Translations under genes and position numbers: made by a program
Assembly (NCBI GenBank): GCA_951406725.2
Contig: OX597834.1
Coordinates: 35,650,001 to 35,714,000 of the forward strand
Direction of reading: 5' to 3'
DNA from: Octopus vulgaris
Lineage: Eukaryota
Length of the DNA: 64,000 bases
Shown here: positions 41,411 through 56,404 of the stretch, piece by piece
Layout: the number at the start of each line of letters is the position of its first letter
Numbering within the stretch: the first letter of the stretch is position 1
The notes under the pieces: model-generated
Databases searched by the model: none
What the model was told of the DNA's origin: nothing
The model's input: only the letters and a program-made list of their open reading frames with translations

Positions 41411-42397
41411 TCTCCCTACACACAGACAAACACACATATATGTCACTATTTTCTGGAAGAGTGGATCCCGAAGCAAATGAAGCTAAAAGTAAAAGCGTGT
41501 AAATATTGGGTTTAAAACCGTTTTGGTAGAAAGAGTCGAGCGTTGCCCGTGTAACACGAACCCATACTTCCTCTAAACATGACGCCCTCAGTACATACAC
41601 ACAGACACACACACATGTAATATAATAACTGGGAAGGTATATTATTGTCTCAATGATTGGTACGGTCGTTTTGCATAGACTACTAGGCTCTCGAGTCACT
41701 GATGTAGCATTCTAAGAAATGATATACTCAACTTCATGTATTGAGTTCTATTTCTTCGTTCTGCATCTATCTCCTCACTCGCATACGCACGAACGTATAA
41801 ACATACGTACACATACCCAAACACATTTACAAATATTTAGAATCACACGCGTATGAAGACATATATATATTCATACACTTGTATACACACATCTAAATAC
41901 ACACCCGCACTCACCCACAGACCTACCCACACACATGCACACACAGACACGCAATATATATGTATATTCATTCATAGACCGTACAATCACATAAACACAC
42001 ATGCACATACACACTCACGCACGCACACACACACAAACACACGTACATACATATATAAACATTTAGTATATGCATATATATATATATATATATATAATAA
42101 GAATTACTACGTATTTAACCTTAAATGATGCCATGAAATGAAGGTCAACAATGGTCAAACAACTGTCTCCTGACAAAACTAACTAATGCTTGTCAGATAT
42201 TTATTGGCCTTCAAGCGTGATTTTTCATTCGAACATTAATAAATATAGAAATATTTAAAATGGCGTAAAATTACATTTTCAGTTGGTGGCGTATTTTTTT
42301 TTATCGAAACGGATTTTTTTTAATAGATTTATTGTTTTAATAATTGTTCTGTAATATGTATAGTCATAATGTTATCTCTCCGTATAAGTCTAGTGTC

Positions 42398-42470
<73 letters not shown>

Positions 42471-42526
42471 CTGCCTGTCTCTCTCTCTCTCTTTCTCCCT
42501 GTATCTGTCAGTCTATCCGTCTATCC

Positions 42527-42602
<76 letters not shown>

Positions 42603-42625
42603 GCCTGCCAGTCTGCTTGTCTGTC

Positions 42626-42680
<55 letters not shown>

Positions 42681-42719
42681 CAATCAGTCAATCAATCAAT
42701 CAATCAACCTCGAGCGAGG

Positions 42720-43255
42720 TTTTCCATCCATTTTTTAAGATTCTGACCCTCTTCAGTGTATTATTGGTGCAGTCCTCATACCTTAATTTCGGTGCGTGTG
42801 TGTGTGCTGTTTTTTTTTCCAGCTTTGGCTAATTCAGTATAAAGCAATTTCTTAGGGATTCGATCAACTTCAATCTTCACCGCGTGACATCTCCATCGTA
42901 ATCCGCACCGAAGTATTAGGGACTCTCTACTGGTCGACAAACCACGTTTATTGACTTCAACGCCATTTGCATACATTTGCCATTGTATATCCAATATACG
43001 GCGGAAACACTGCTAGTGAAATTGTCCAGTCTTTTCATATATCTCCGATAAGTAACTCAGATCTCACATGAATATAACAACAAAGGCAAATCATATACAT
43101 TAAGACCTTCAATTTTGTCCCAATTGAAATTCCATGCTGAGACTATAAACGAATACATCATTGGCTTTCTTTATTCGGGGGTTGCGGAGATTCCATCATC
43201 CACAGTATTTGCCACGCTCACAGTACTCTCCAAGCACGCAAATTTATTTATCCCC
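42720..43255 (-). mobile_element. Decayed RTE-BovB-like LINE ORF2 fragment
   Basis: Frameshifted motifs KFACLEST, GISIGTKLKV, IQWQ..EV..R..ESLILR..LRW.CHAVKIEVDRIPKKLLYTEL, LRYED. Confidence 0.75.
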
Positions 43256-43456
43256 AGTCTACAATTTCTATCCATACGCATAAATATGTGGATTAATCAG
43301 GTGCAAATGCGATATAAGTACCTAAATGCGATATAATACGCTAAAAGCAAGTACGGACTTGTAAACAAGCCATTCACCGTGTTTTGTCATGGAGAAAATT
43401 TCACGGTGTAGACATATGGTGTAAATACACTCAAATCAGCTCGCAGCGCCTCCTAT

Positions 43457-43516
43457 CCAGACTGTGAGATGCAAGCGTTTCGGAGTAGTTATCTCCTCTT
43501 CAGTCACAGAAACTGG
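43457..43516 (-). ncRNA. Type I hammerhead ribozyme motif, near-canonical
   Basis: Minus strand: CCAG-TTT-CTGTGA CTGAAGA GGAG-ATAACTA-CTCC GAAA CGC-TT-GC ATC TCACAG-T-CTGG. Stem I (6+4 bp), CUGANGA, stem II (4 bp), GAAA and NUH are all in register, with one C:A mismatch in stem III. Confidence 0.7.
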
Positions 43517-43663
43517 ACGCCCGTAACCTGGTGCAGGTTGGTACGTTACGACTGTTTTGTTAAGGCTGATTTTTAGATCATGCAATCGAGAAGTCGTTTA
43601 CAAGATGCTGGGTACGTTCTCTCTCTCTCCTCCCTCCCTCCCTCCCTCTCTCTCTCCCTCCCC

Positions 43664-44042
<379 letters not shown>

Positions 44043-44718
44043 AGTTTTCCTATAGAGTGTTAAACGTATAATGTACAATACGTTCAGTATTCACCTAAAT
44101 CAACAATCAGTGTTGTAACGAAACACAGGAGAAGTGAAAGTATCATTGCTTTTGATGCGCATGTCAAGGGGGCGAACAAACAATGATCGGATACACACTG
44201 CCAGTATATCATAATACATACATACACACCTACACACACATACATACATATATACATACATACACACCTACACACAGACACACATAGGTATTTGCGTGAA
44301 CAAAATTTGAGTACTCGGTACTTAAGACGAATCAAAATAAAATGTGTATAAAACGGTGCGTTTAGTCGGCGATAATAAATTACTGATAACGCTGCTATGT
44401 CGCGTATCGACTTATTCGACTATCGTATTATCACATATCAGTGGTGGCCAAATATTTTGATAAGGAAAGCCGACATATATGTGTTCATGTGTGTGTGCGC
44501 ACATAGATACATACATACATATACACACATATATGTTTACAAACACACACACACACACACATATGAACATATGTACATACACACACGCGCGCGTGTATTG
44601 CGTTCAAGAGCTACAACACATATTTTTAAAATTTTATTTATAAATCAGAAAATATGCCGCTACATATTTTTTTAGCCACTAAAATTAGACAACTTAATCA
44701 TAGTTTCTTCTCTTGCTG

Positions 44719-44773
<55 letters not shown>

Positions 44774-45290
44774 GTAGGTGTTAGGTGTGCAAATAGATAT
44801 TTTGCCGTAATTCTTTTAAAATCCAACTGGTAAGATATCAGATATTTAAAAAATTCCAAAAAACTCCTTTTAAGAAAAAATAGCGCGGGAACTCAATCCT
44901 ATCTCGGTAACTATACAAAGCTTCTTTGAGAGTTGCTTACGGATCTGGAACCGCCGTTTGGGCACCATTGTCATGCAGCAAGACACATGATTTGTGATCT
45001 ATCTCAGCATATCGCTTTATAGAACAAACAATCTTCATGACCCAAAACCATCATTCGATGCATTTTCTCCGCCCATTCCTGGTCGTCGGGTTTCAGTTCT
45101 CAGGCATCTTCTCCAAAGGGGCCCCCATCAGAAGCAACCGCCATTGCACTTTCCGGTTGGATTCACTTGCGTAACCAAAAGAGTCTTTGCATATTATTCA
45201 AACATCTCGTTCTTGGCCTTCATGTATGTATATTCTTGCTATATGCATATCTGTCAGTCTGCTTGTCTATCTACCTATCCTCCTTCTTTC

Positions 45291-45420
<130 letters not shown>

Positions 45421-45574
45421 CTGCCTACCTGTCTGTCTATCTCTCTGTCTGTCTATCTTTCTATCTATCGAACGATCGATTCACCTTCTTACCTATTTAT
45501 CTATCTGTCTGTCTGCCTGTCTGTCCATCTATCTATCTGCCTGTCTGTCTGTCTATCTATCTTCGTTTATTCGT

Positions 45575-45976
45575 TTACCTGTTTCAGTCAACTGACTGTG
45601 GCCATGCTGGAGCACAGCTTTGAAGGATTTTAGTCGAACAAATCGACCCCAGGACTTATTTTTTACGCCTAGTACTTATGCTATCCGCATCCTTTGCTGA
45701 ACCGGTAAGTTCCGGATACGTAAACATGGCAACACCGGCTGTCAAGCAGTGATGGTGGACAAACACCGACACAAAGACAGATACACAAAGACATATACAC
45801 ATATGATATATACGATGGGCTTCTTTAAGTTTCCGTCAATCAAATCCACTCACAAAGCTTTAGTCGGCCCGAGGCTATAGTGGAAGACACCTGTCCGAGC
45901 TGCCACGCAGTGGGACTGATCCCGGAACCATATGGTTGGGAAGAACGCGCTTTACCACATAGATGTGCTTGTGCCT
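45575..45976 (-). mobile_element. SINE B, full length, diverged
   Basis: Similar to 30526-30940. Confidence 0.85.
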
Positions 45977-45981
45977 CTATG

Positions 45982-46263
<282 letters not shown>

Positions 46264-47037
46264 CAAAAAACACTCTCACACAGTATATGGATACGTAGCA
46301 ATGGTGGAAATACCATTTGATATGTTTGCTATCTCTGAATCATTTATATTTTGTGTTCTTGTTGTTCGAAGTTGTCCTTCATTCTCGAAGTGCGAAGTGC
46401 TGAGTTTCTTAAGGCATTCTAGGATTCTTGGGTTACAATGTTTTTTTTTTTTTTTTTTATAGATATTATACCACATTTTGATATTGCATGATATTATCCT
46501 TCATTAGGATTCGAAACATTGCTAGGGTAATACGAATTTAAGGGAGTATTGTTGCATGTATAAACATATATATATAAATAAACAAATATTAGTATAAAGG
46601 TGTTTGTATATATACAATACGTAAATATCTACAATATGTAAATACATATACGCATACTCATACATATATGAATGAATTAATTGGTTAATGATCTAATATT
46701 TATATGAATGTATTAATAATCAATTTGGACGTGAAATGACGCCTCTACATATCTATTGTTGTATCAACAGCTTTCTATCGCTGTTAGACTTGAAAAATAT
46801 TCACTAGTGTTCTCAATAAGCTTGATGTTTTTCACAGTCGCTGTATACGATCAATAATGACCATTTCCTGCAGAGACCATGTTACATGCGAAGAAGTTCT
46901 GGAAAGAGAAAGGGCGGGAAAAAAAATCTACAAATAATAGTGAAAAAAACAAAAAAGGCAGAGGTAGGTCGATGGAGGTGTTTAATGCTTGATAAGGGAA
47001 CAGATATCCCATGATGCAATGGCGTGAATATTGGAAT

Positions 47038-47074
<37 letters not shown>

Positions 47075-47345
47075 CGTAGTTTACGTCATACGTTGAGAAT
47101 ACCATTTGTGAAGGACCTACAGAAGATAGATATAGAATTGAGAGACAAGAACTGAATGGTAATTAATCGCCAAAGATGGAAGAAATCCCCCATCAAATAT
47201 ATCATTCAACAAGAACAGACAGTTGTAAAATGTTATATGCATATATATATATATATAGTTTAAGCAATTGAGATTCAAGTGAGTTCTAATGAATTCACAT
47301 GAATATGGTCCTTAACTAGGATGCACCGGAAATCTCTCTCTGAAA

Positions 47346-47402
<57 letters not shown>

Positions 47403-47499
47403 TTTATAGAAGGAGCTTCATTAAATTAATTAATTAATTTACTCCGCTATGTATTGAGTACCTTATTTACTGTGGTTAACCCCGACTCAACCCGGGACC

Positions 47500-47578
<79 letters not shown>

Positions 47579-47710
47579 GTATATGCCCCATTATTAGACT
47601 AATTTCCTTAATCGTTTGCACGGTGGTCGCTTTATGCTTGTAAAAAATACCATTATTATTATTTACAGAATTGTAAAACTCAACACTGCTTAACAAAACC
47701 ATTCGCACCG

Positions 47711-47830
<120 letters not shown>

Positions 47831-48514
47831 GCATACGTACGTGTATGTGAGTACGAGTGTATATATATGTGCAGATATAATTCATATAGTATCGCAGTAT
47901 AGATCCATTTCACCGGATCTTACGAATTGGTTTAGTACAAGAATTGAGTGATTACTTATGCGCTCGTCAGAGTCACCGGTGTAGAAAAAAGTTTCTGAAG
48001 GCGCCTACGACCACTATATATATATATATATACACACACACATACATGTACACACACAGAGGTATATTTGAAATCTGGCTCTCTTATCTCAGTATTGGTG
48101 TTGAGGAGGCAATTCACATCACCACCAAAACCGCCACCACCACCACCACCACCACCACCACCACCACCGCCACTACAACCACCATCATCATCGTCATCGT
48201 CAAAAGCAACCCACTACCAATATAAGATGATAAGGTCTCGTCGGAATCATCTCATCCTTACATATTTATTTATTTGCCACATTTCTCCCTCACCCCACCC
48301 CACCCCACCCGCCGCCGCCATTAGAGCAGTCATCAACTCGGAGGCCATTCCTACACATCACATTATATTTCCTGGTTAATATATAACAATGTAAAGATGT
48401 AAGATATCCAGATTAATCAATTAACAAGAATCTATCAGTACAGATCGATTACCAAGTGAAGTCGTATGAAAGACAACCAATCAGTTCAATAATAGACTAG
48501 ACTGATGGAATCTT

Positions 48515-48745
48515 TTATCTTTTATCTTTTTTCTTTTATCTTTTGTCTTTCATTTGTTTCGGTGACTGGACTGCGGCCATGCTGGGGCACAGTCTCCATG
48601 GGTTTAGCCGAACAAATTTTGGTTACCTATTCTATATTGCATATGGCATATTTTTTGCCGAACCGTTGTGTTTGGGGGACGTAAACAAACAAATACCGGT
48701 TCTCAAGTGGTGACTAAGTAACAAACAACAAATACAAATACGCAC
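48515..48745 (-). mobile_element. SINE B 3' half, diverged
   Basis: Contains GACTGCGGCCATGCTGGGGCAC and GCCGAACCG...GGGGACGTAAACA. Confidence 0.7.
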
Positions 48746-48865
48746 ACGCGTACATATTTGCGATGCAATATGGTGTCACAATTTTTAAATATATACCACG
48801 TCCAAATATGCATAAGATTATGCCTACACCATTCAATTATACACAAACACACATACATACATACA

Positions 48866-48899
<34 letters not shown>

Positions 48900-49392
48900 C
48901 ACATACATATATATACATATATACACATACATATATATACATATATATACATATATACACATACATATATATACATATATATACATATATACACATACAT
49001 ATACATATATACACATACATATATATATATGTTATAACGACATATTTAAGCATATTTACTAGTATAATCGGCGCCATGATGTTTAGCAAAACGCTTCATA
49101 CAAATAAACCAGGATACAAACGCGGAAAAAAAGGGATCCTAAGAAAAGCCAAAGCGAAAATCAGTCAATGAATGATTTATTGATTATTCATGGATGTTAC
49201 AGATGCAGAGAATGGACATGGAGACAGATTACCAGGCAGGAACTGTTTTTTTGAAGGATAACAAGAAATCTAAGCAATAAGCACTACGCACTCTGCCATG
49301 TTTATATTTTTATCTTCCGCATGCGTTATCTCCCTTGTTCACTTCACCATTGACAAAAACAGTGAGCTTGGAATGAAACCAACAACAACAAC

Positions 49393-49429
<37 letters not shown>

Positions 49430-49451
49430 TCAATAACAACAACAACAACAA

Positions 49452-49760
49452 ACCCTTCTACTGAAGGCACATAACCTGAAATTTGGGCGGAATTTGAACA
49501 CAGAACGTAGCGGCAAACGAAATACCTATTTCTTTACTATCCACAAGGGGCTAAACACATAGGGGACGAACAAGGACAGACAAACGGATTAAGTCGATTA
49601 TATCTACCACAGTGCGTAACTGGTACTTAATTTATCGACCCCGGAAGGATGAAAGGCAAAGTCGACCTCAGCGGAATTTGAACTCAGAACGTAACGGCAG
49701 ACGAAATACGGCTACGCATTTCGTTCGGTGTGCTAACGTTTCTGCCAGCTCGCCGCCTTA
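49452..49760 (-). mobile_element. SINE A composite (head-body-tail1-partial body-tail2) between (AAT)n tracts
   Basis: Reverse-complement similarity to 3275-3502 and 21305-21570. Confidence 0.85.
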
Positions 49761-49808
<48 letters not shown>

Positions 49809-50270
49809 TGGGCTACAGCAAATATTCTGCTCAATACCACAGATTTGCTTGTCAGTTGTCTAACCTTAATCAATTGAGCATGTCCCTTAGTGGCTGACGA
49901 TATGTGCATCTCTGATCACGAGCAGAAGTAGTGGGGGAGCATCATAGACATGTGTTTTAATAGGGATTCTTTGGGGTTTGAATAATTCACCTCTGGAAAC
50001 ATGGGTGGTTCTTTCAACATCCTTAAACAACCCTTATTCAGGGACCTTTTGAGCGGGATGGGCTACTCAATCTGAAGAAAATTTTAACTGGGCCCCACTT
50101 GCAAGGTCATGTGCTGTTTATCTTGATACAAGATCACCATGTCGCGCACATATGGTTGTGATGCATGTGCCTGGTGTACCCTTATCAGACGGGTAGTCAT
50201 GATGGGTATATTGGGCTTCGTATATATATACCCCAGTGTCACTTTGATGACATGAACTGCTCTCTCACTC
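49809..50270. mobile_element. About 460-bp non-coding interspersed element (family F) inserted in (AAT)n
   Basis: A second, inverted, partial copy lies at 57050-57300 next to (ATT)n. No tRNA head, TIR or ORF is evident. Confidence 0.75.
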
Positions 50271-50274
50271 AATG

Positions 50275-50310
<36 letters not shown>

Positions 50311-50896
50311 CCACTACAAGTTTTGGCGACATGAGCAGGTGTCGAAAGTGCTACATTGGAAACTGTGAGAAAAGTGGGGGCGAAAGAGAGGCAAGACGTG
50401 GTATGAGCACAAACCACAGAGAGTGGCGGAATCGGAGACTAGCAAAATCCTCTGGGATTTCCCAACCCACACAGATCAGGTGCTAGAGCATAACAGACCG
50501 GACCTAGTAGTGATCGACATGTGTTATATAGTTGATGTTGCGTACCCCACTGACCCACGAATAGTCAAGATGGAAGGCGAAAAAATATATAAATACAACT
50601 CTCTTAAGTACGAAATAGCCCGGCTATGGAAAATGAAGGTGAAGATAGTGTCAATTATTGTTGGGTCCTTGGGGGCAGTATAAGAAGGCATCAAGAGGAA
50701 TATAAAGGAAATTGGAATAGAGTGCCCAGTAGAACTGTTTCAAAAGTTTTGCCTCCTTGGCACGGCCAGAATAATCAGGAAAGTATTAGATAGCTGAAAA
50801 GAACGGATAGCATGGTACCCAAGGCTGCAGGTAGCAAGCCCGCTATGCATGCAAGACTCCAGGAGCTCCAACAAAACCTGCGATAAAATGAATAAG
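50311..50896 (+). mobile_element. 5'-truncated R4/Dong-like LINE (restriction-like endonuclease domain plus 3'UTR)
   Basis: RHEQVSKVLHW..WYEHKP..KILWDF..TD..LEHNRPDLVVID..IVDVAYP..EKIYKY..L..EIARLW..IIVGSLGAV..LLGTARIIRKVL, with in-frame stops. Flanked by (AAT)n and (GAT/AAT)n. Confidence 0.88.
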
Positions 50897-51020
50897 TGAT
50901 GATGATGATGATGATGATAATAATAATAGGAATTGAAACCACGAACTCGCGACCATGAACACACTAACCACAAGGCAATGTGCCCTCCCACACATACATA
51001 CGTACATACATACTATAGAT

Positions 51021-51056
<36 letters not shown>

Positions 51057-51325
51057 GCACTTTATATACGCACATACATGTACACACATGCATTTATATA
51101 TTTATTTACATGCATACAGCCATGTACACGCACACACACACATGCACACATACACATACACACGCTCTCTCCCTCTCTTTGTTTCTTCCTTTGTGTCTTT
51201 GTTTTTCTTTCCCCCTTTGTCAGCGGTCTGCTCGTGCCGTGTTTAAGATTTATCGCATTTGGTCTAATTTAGTCTAATTTACTCTCATTTTATTCGTGTG
51301 TGGATTTGTGTGAGTGCGTGTGTCC

Positions 51326-51414
<89 letters not shown>

Positions 51415-51571
51415 CACCCACCCATCCATCTATCCATCCACCTATCCATCCATCTATCTATCCATCCATCCACCCATCCATCCATCCATCCATCCATCCA
51501 TCCATCCATCCATCCATCCATCCACCTATCTGTGTGTGAGTGTGTTTCTGTTTGTGTGTGTGTGTTTGTGA

Positions 51572-51660
<89 letters not shown>

Positions 51661-51779
51661 TGTGTGTGTGAGTATACACACATGCGTATCCAATCATATA
51701 CATACATACATACATACATGCAACCTCTGCGGCAGAGGAAAGTGACCAGTAACTATTTTGTTCAAGTTAGTGACCATTA

Positions 51780-52620
51780 AATCAGCAACATAATTAAGCT
51801 AGCTAATGAACTTGAGGAGAGGCATGTAATAAGACCTGATACAGATCTCTCCCCAAGGAGCATTGGTAAAATCTATCAGGAAAACAAAATGAAAAAAATA
51901 AATTTAATTTTTTCACTGAAAAGACAGTACTTGGGTACTTGGCACGAAAAGCACAAGGAATCGATCAGAAATAGAAGGGATTGACCATGTCAAAAGCTTG
52001 GCATGGTGTGCTGACAAGTTTGGGTCCTCTCGCTTGGAAGGTTACCTCCCTGCAATCCAAGAACAAGTGGTCACCACCAAGTACCTACTGGTTAAAAGGC
52101 AGAAAATATTGACGAACAACAGATGTGGCCTGTGCAAGATCAAGACTGGAGACATCAACCACATTATTGTCAACTGCGAGATAATGTCTTCCAGACATCT
52201 TCCTATGAGGCGTGATGTGATGCAGGGACCAGAACGGTTTGGAAAGGGTTTTGAAAACATCTACGGACTATTCGGACTATGTTGAGAACGATGGGTCAAA
52301 AAGGGAAATTGGGGGAACTTAAAAATTAGAACAGCCACGAAGTTGAAACACCACAACGGCCAGGTATTGTGGCGTCGGAAAAGAAGGAGGCGGTATAGTC
52401 TGTTGTGGAAATCAGTTGCCCTCTGGACACGACAGTGGTTAGTAAAAATAGAAGAGAAACAGGACATCTATGGACCATTGGTAAGTTGTTTGCAAATCCA
52501 GTCCACAAGATACATTTTCAGTTTTATACCTATTATTACTGGAGCAACAGGATACATACCGACCAGTCTGGAGCAAAGTATGGCTGGACATGGGATCTTG
52601 CGGATCCCAAGAACGCAAAT
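51780..52620 (+). mobile_element. Decayed RLE-type LINE (R4/Dong-like; CCHC knuckle plus endonuclease)
   Basis: EGYLPAIQEQVVTTK..CGLCK..DINHIIVNC..RRDV, then VEISCPLD and FIPIITGATGYIP in shifted frames. Confidence 0.8.
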
Positions 52621-52649
52621 CCTTAATTCACACGCTATAAATGATCACA

Positions 52650-52714
<65 letters not shown>

Positions 52715-53237
52715 GAGAGGGAGGGAGAAAAGGGTGAGAGAGGGGAAGAGTGACAGTGAGTTGGGGAGAGAAAGAAATAGAGAGAGAAAGAATGAGAGAG
52801 AGAGAGAGAGAGAGAGGGTGGGAGAGAGAAAATAAAATGAAACATATATCACCAAAAATAAAATAAAATAAAAATACAGCATAAAATGAAACCATGAAAA
52901 CAAAGTGAAACAGTGAGTTAAATGAGGCAAAGAATTATCTGCCCTTGTTAACAAAATCCTCTCCGATAATGAGAACATGTTTTAGCTCACTAAGCAATTT
53001 GATAGAAGAAAGCAAGACTTGATTGACTTGCCTTGTCCGTTTGTCCACAGATTAAACGAAATGAAACGAAATAGATTTAAAAGCTGTGGAAACTGAGAGA
53101 CTGAAAATACGTCCATAAATATTTTCCTATTTGATTCGGTATCTAATAAACTAGTTTTATTACAAGCTTTAAGCTGGATGAAAAGTAATAAAATCTCTCT
53201 AAGTACAACGAAAATAATAATAATAATAATAATGATG

Positions 53238-53291
<54 letters not shown>

Positions 53292-54174
53292 GTAATAATA
53301 ATAATAATAATGATGATGATAGATCGCTAAAAAACGCAGACGACACATTGGGTCAGCAAAACATCTGCTTGAAGCAAACAGGGTGTTGTTTCAATAAGAT
53401 GAAGAAATGAATAAAAAAGGAAAGAAAGAAGGATAGAGGGAAGGAAAGAAAGAAAATACAAGTAATATACAAGTGAAGGGGTATTAATAGCTGTTTTTCA
53501 TTGGTTGGCAAGAAGAAATTATTGTCCGTCCGTGTGTAGCATTTACAAGTATACAGCGATGTATATATGTATGTATATATCGTGCTATAAACTCTATATA
53601 TTAGGTAACTGTTTTATCTACCAACCGTGAAACAATTAAATATAGTTTTGCTATTTATAATGAATCTTCGCGCTGGTTTATGGTCCCCTTGTTTAATTGA
53701 CTTTTTGCATTAATTGCTAACATGAAATGTTGCAATTAAACTAGAATAAATACTTTGGAGTAGAAACCTAAAGCAATTTGGATGGTAATTTATACTTTTA
53801 AGCAACGGGGATACATCCAGAGCGAATAAAAGGAAGCAAGAAAAAGGAAATGGCTTCTTGAAATCATTGTTACATTCGCTGGCTTTCCAATGGGTCGGTG
53901 TTTTGTTGATAACAATATTCTGATTTCTGACTATAAGGAAACAGCTTCTGTCCGCCAGATGGTGTATGTAGGTATCTGAAGGGAATGGAGAAAGGATGGA
54001 AGGAGCCATTGAAAAAGAAAAGAAAAGAAAAGGAAAAAAGGGGCCAACGTTAATATTTAAATATTTGGTTTTTCATGAGTGAAGCTGACCAACGGATTAT
54101 TCAGCAAGAACAAAAGCGACAGTAATTACGACAAGAACAACACTAACAGTGACGATAACAATAGCAACAGCACT

Positions 54175-54207
<33 letters not shown>

Positions 54208-54278
54208 GACATGAGTTGGTAATATCACTCACGTGTACGTATACACATATACAAATAGCTGCCGATCTGTATGTGTGT

Positions 54279-54585
<307 letters not shown>

Positions 54586-54586
<1 letters not shown>

Positions 54587-54795
54587 AAAGTTAATCCAAA
54601 CATGAAAGCACAAAAAAAAAAAAAAAACACAGCAACGCGAGGACGTGGAAACAAATATAGTATTAATGGACGCTGAGGAAAGAAGGAGGGTTTAACGTTT
54701 CGAGCGGAGCTCTTCGTCGGAAACATAGGAGAAGGAAAGATCCAGAGAAGGGAAGACAGAGGAAAAAAATCGCCAACAGTACACACGCGGTCACA
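54586..54795 (-). mobile_element. Family D1 copy with intact minimal hammerhead-like motif (54690-54724)
   Basis: Reverse complement aligns with 556-745. Flanked on both sides by (TCTA)n. Confidence 0.65.
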
Positions 54796-54875
<80 letters not shown>

Positions 54876-54876
<1 letters not shown>

Positions 54877-55120
54877 CAACCAAAGCATTCTATAAGAGAT
54901 TAGTGGAGGGGAGGTACGACGACGATCTCGGGGCGAACCTGGGCGTCAACGAGGAATACCTGACCCGCCGGTTCAAGACGACTTCCGGGCCGAGACCTAT
55001 GGACAACTTCCAGAGATCCCTGGCCTGGCAGTGCTACTGAGAAGCGCTACCCGTTCCAGATAGGCTCTACAAGCATGGCTCGAGAAACACGGATCAACCT
55101 GCCCGAGATGCGGTCAGAGC
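54876..55120 (+). mobile_element. Tx1/L1-group LINE ORF2 C-terminal fragment
   Basis: GC-rich island reading TKAFYKRL...RSLAWQCY*EALPVPDRLYKHG..[frameshift]CPRCGQ, resembling the zf-RVT region. Confidence 0.7.
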
Positions 55121-55254
55121 GCATCCACATACATATGTTGTATGTGGAGTTATATTTGTAGAGAATTGAAATAAGCGGTCTTTGACAACTATTTCTAATT
55201 TTTCGGTATGTGGCTAAGCAACCTGTTGCTTGCCCTTTTATTTATTTATATAAA

Positions 55255-55560
55255 TCCTTAAAAATGCTTTAGCCCGAAGGCTGCGGCCATGCTGGGGCAC
55301 CACCGCTGAATGAGCTACACTAATATGTGAATCCACCTCTGATACGTGGCACTTGGTCAATAAGGGAGTTCGATGCCGCTGCCCGCATCTGTGTCTCCTG
55401 TCGCGAGGTAGGTTCATCTGGGACCCCCGACCAGAAGAGATCCAGTTTAGTTTTAAAAAAAACCCACATCCACACCATGCAAGTCTCTCAGGCATTTAGG
55501 GAGGATGTTAAAGAGCTGTGGTCCTCTGAAACCCAAGCTGTTGCAAGTTCCTACCGATAA
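55255..55560 (-). mobile_element. 3' end of a second CR1/L2-group LINE
   Basis: CNSLGFRGPQLFNILPKCLRDL..[frameshift]..KLDLFWSGVPDEP..RAAASNSLIDQ, then a short 3'UTR with a stem-loop. Confidence 0.75.
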
Positions 55561-55638
55561 TGGTTATATTTCCATATAGAAATCTACCCGGTAATAATTG
55601 TTGGTTTTTTTAAAATTGATAATTATTTACCTTTATAT

Positions 55639-55671
<33 letters not shown>

Positions 55672-56312
55672 ATATATATGTATATTTACATACATGCAAG
55701 CATATACACAAACCTATGTTTGCATGCATGGGGTATGTTTGTATCTATGCATGTATGTATGCATATATGTATGTGTGCATGCATGCATGTATGTATGTAT
55801 GTATGTATGAATGCATGCATGCATTATGTATTTATGTATGTATGCATGTTATGTATGTATGTATGCATGTTATGTATATATTTATTTATGAATGTATGCA
55901 TGTTATATATGTATGTATGTATTTATGCACGTACGTATGTATGTATGTATACATTTGTTCATTTTGGACTACGTTCAAGTTTTTCGCATACTTTCTGTGG
56001 ATTTTCTTTGCTCTAACAAAGAAAATAACCCGTTCGTTGTTTTCCCTATTGGTATGCAAATATGTCGTGGATATGAATTTTAAGTAAAAACAAAACAAAA
56101 CAAAACAAAAAAAACAAGCTAATAATAAAAATACAAAGAGTAATTACAACTACACGCAACAGAAAACACAATATTAACGAAACACCGTCCAAACATCACG
56201 TAAAGTACACGTAAAGTACATTTGTTACAATAGGAACGACAGAACGAACACAAAACAATGCACCTACACCAAACAATAACTCTACTACTACTACTACCAC
56301 TACTACTACTAT

Positions 56313-56362
<50 letters not shown>

Positions 56363-56404
56363 ATAATAATAATAATATTAATAATAATAATAACTTTGCG
56401 CGTG

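Noticed and set aside
44820-45210. Possible minus-strand mariner transposase remnant (LLHDNGA)
   Set aside because: Only one motif is recognisable; the rest is too decayed to support a call.
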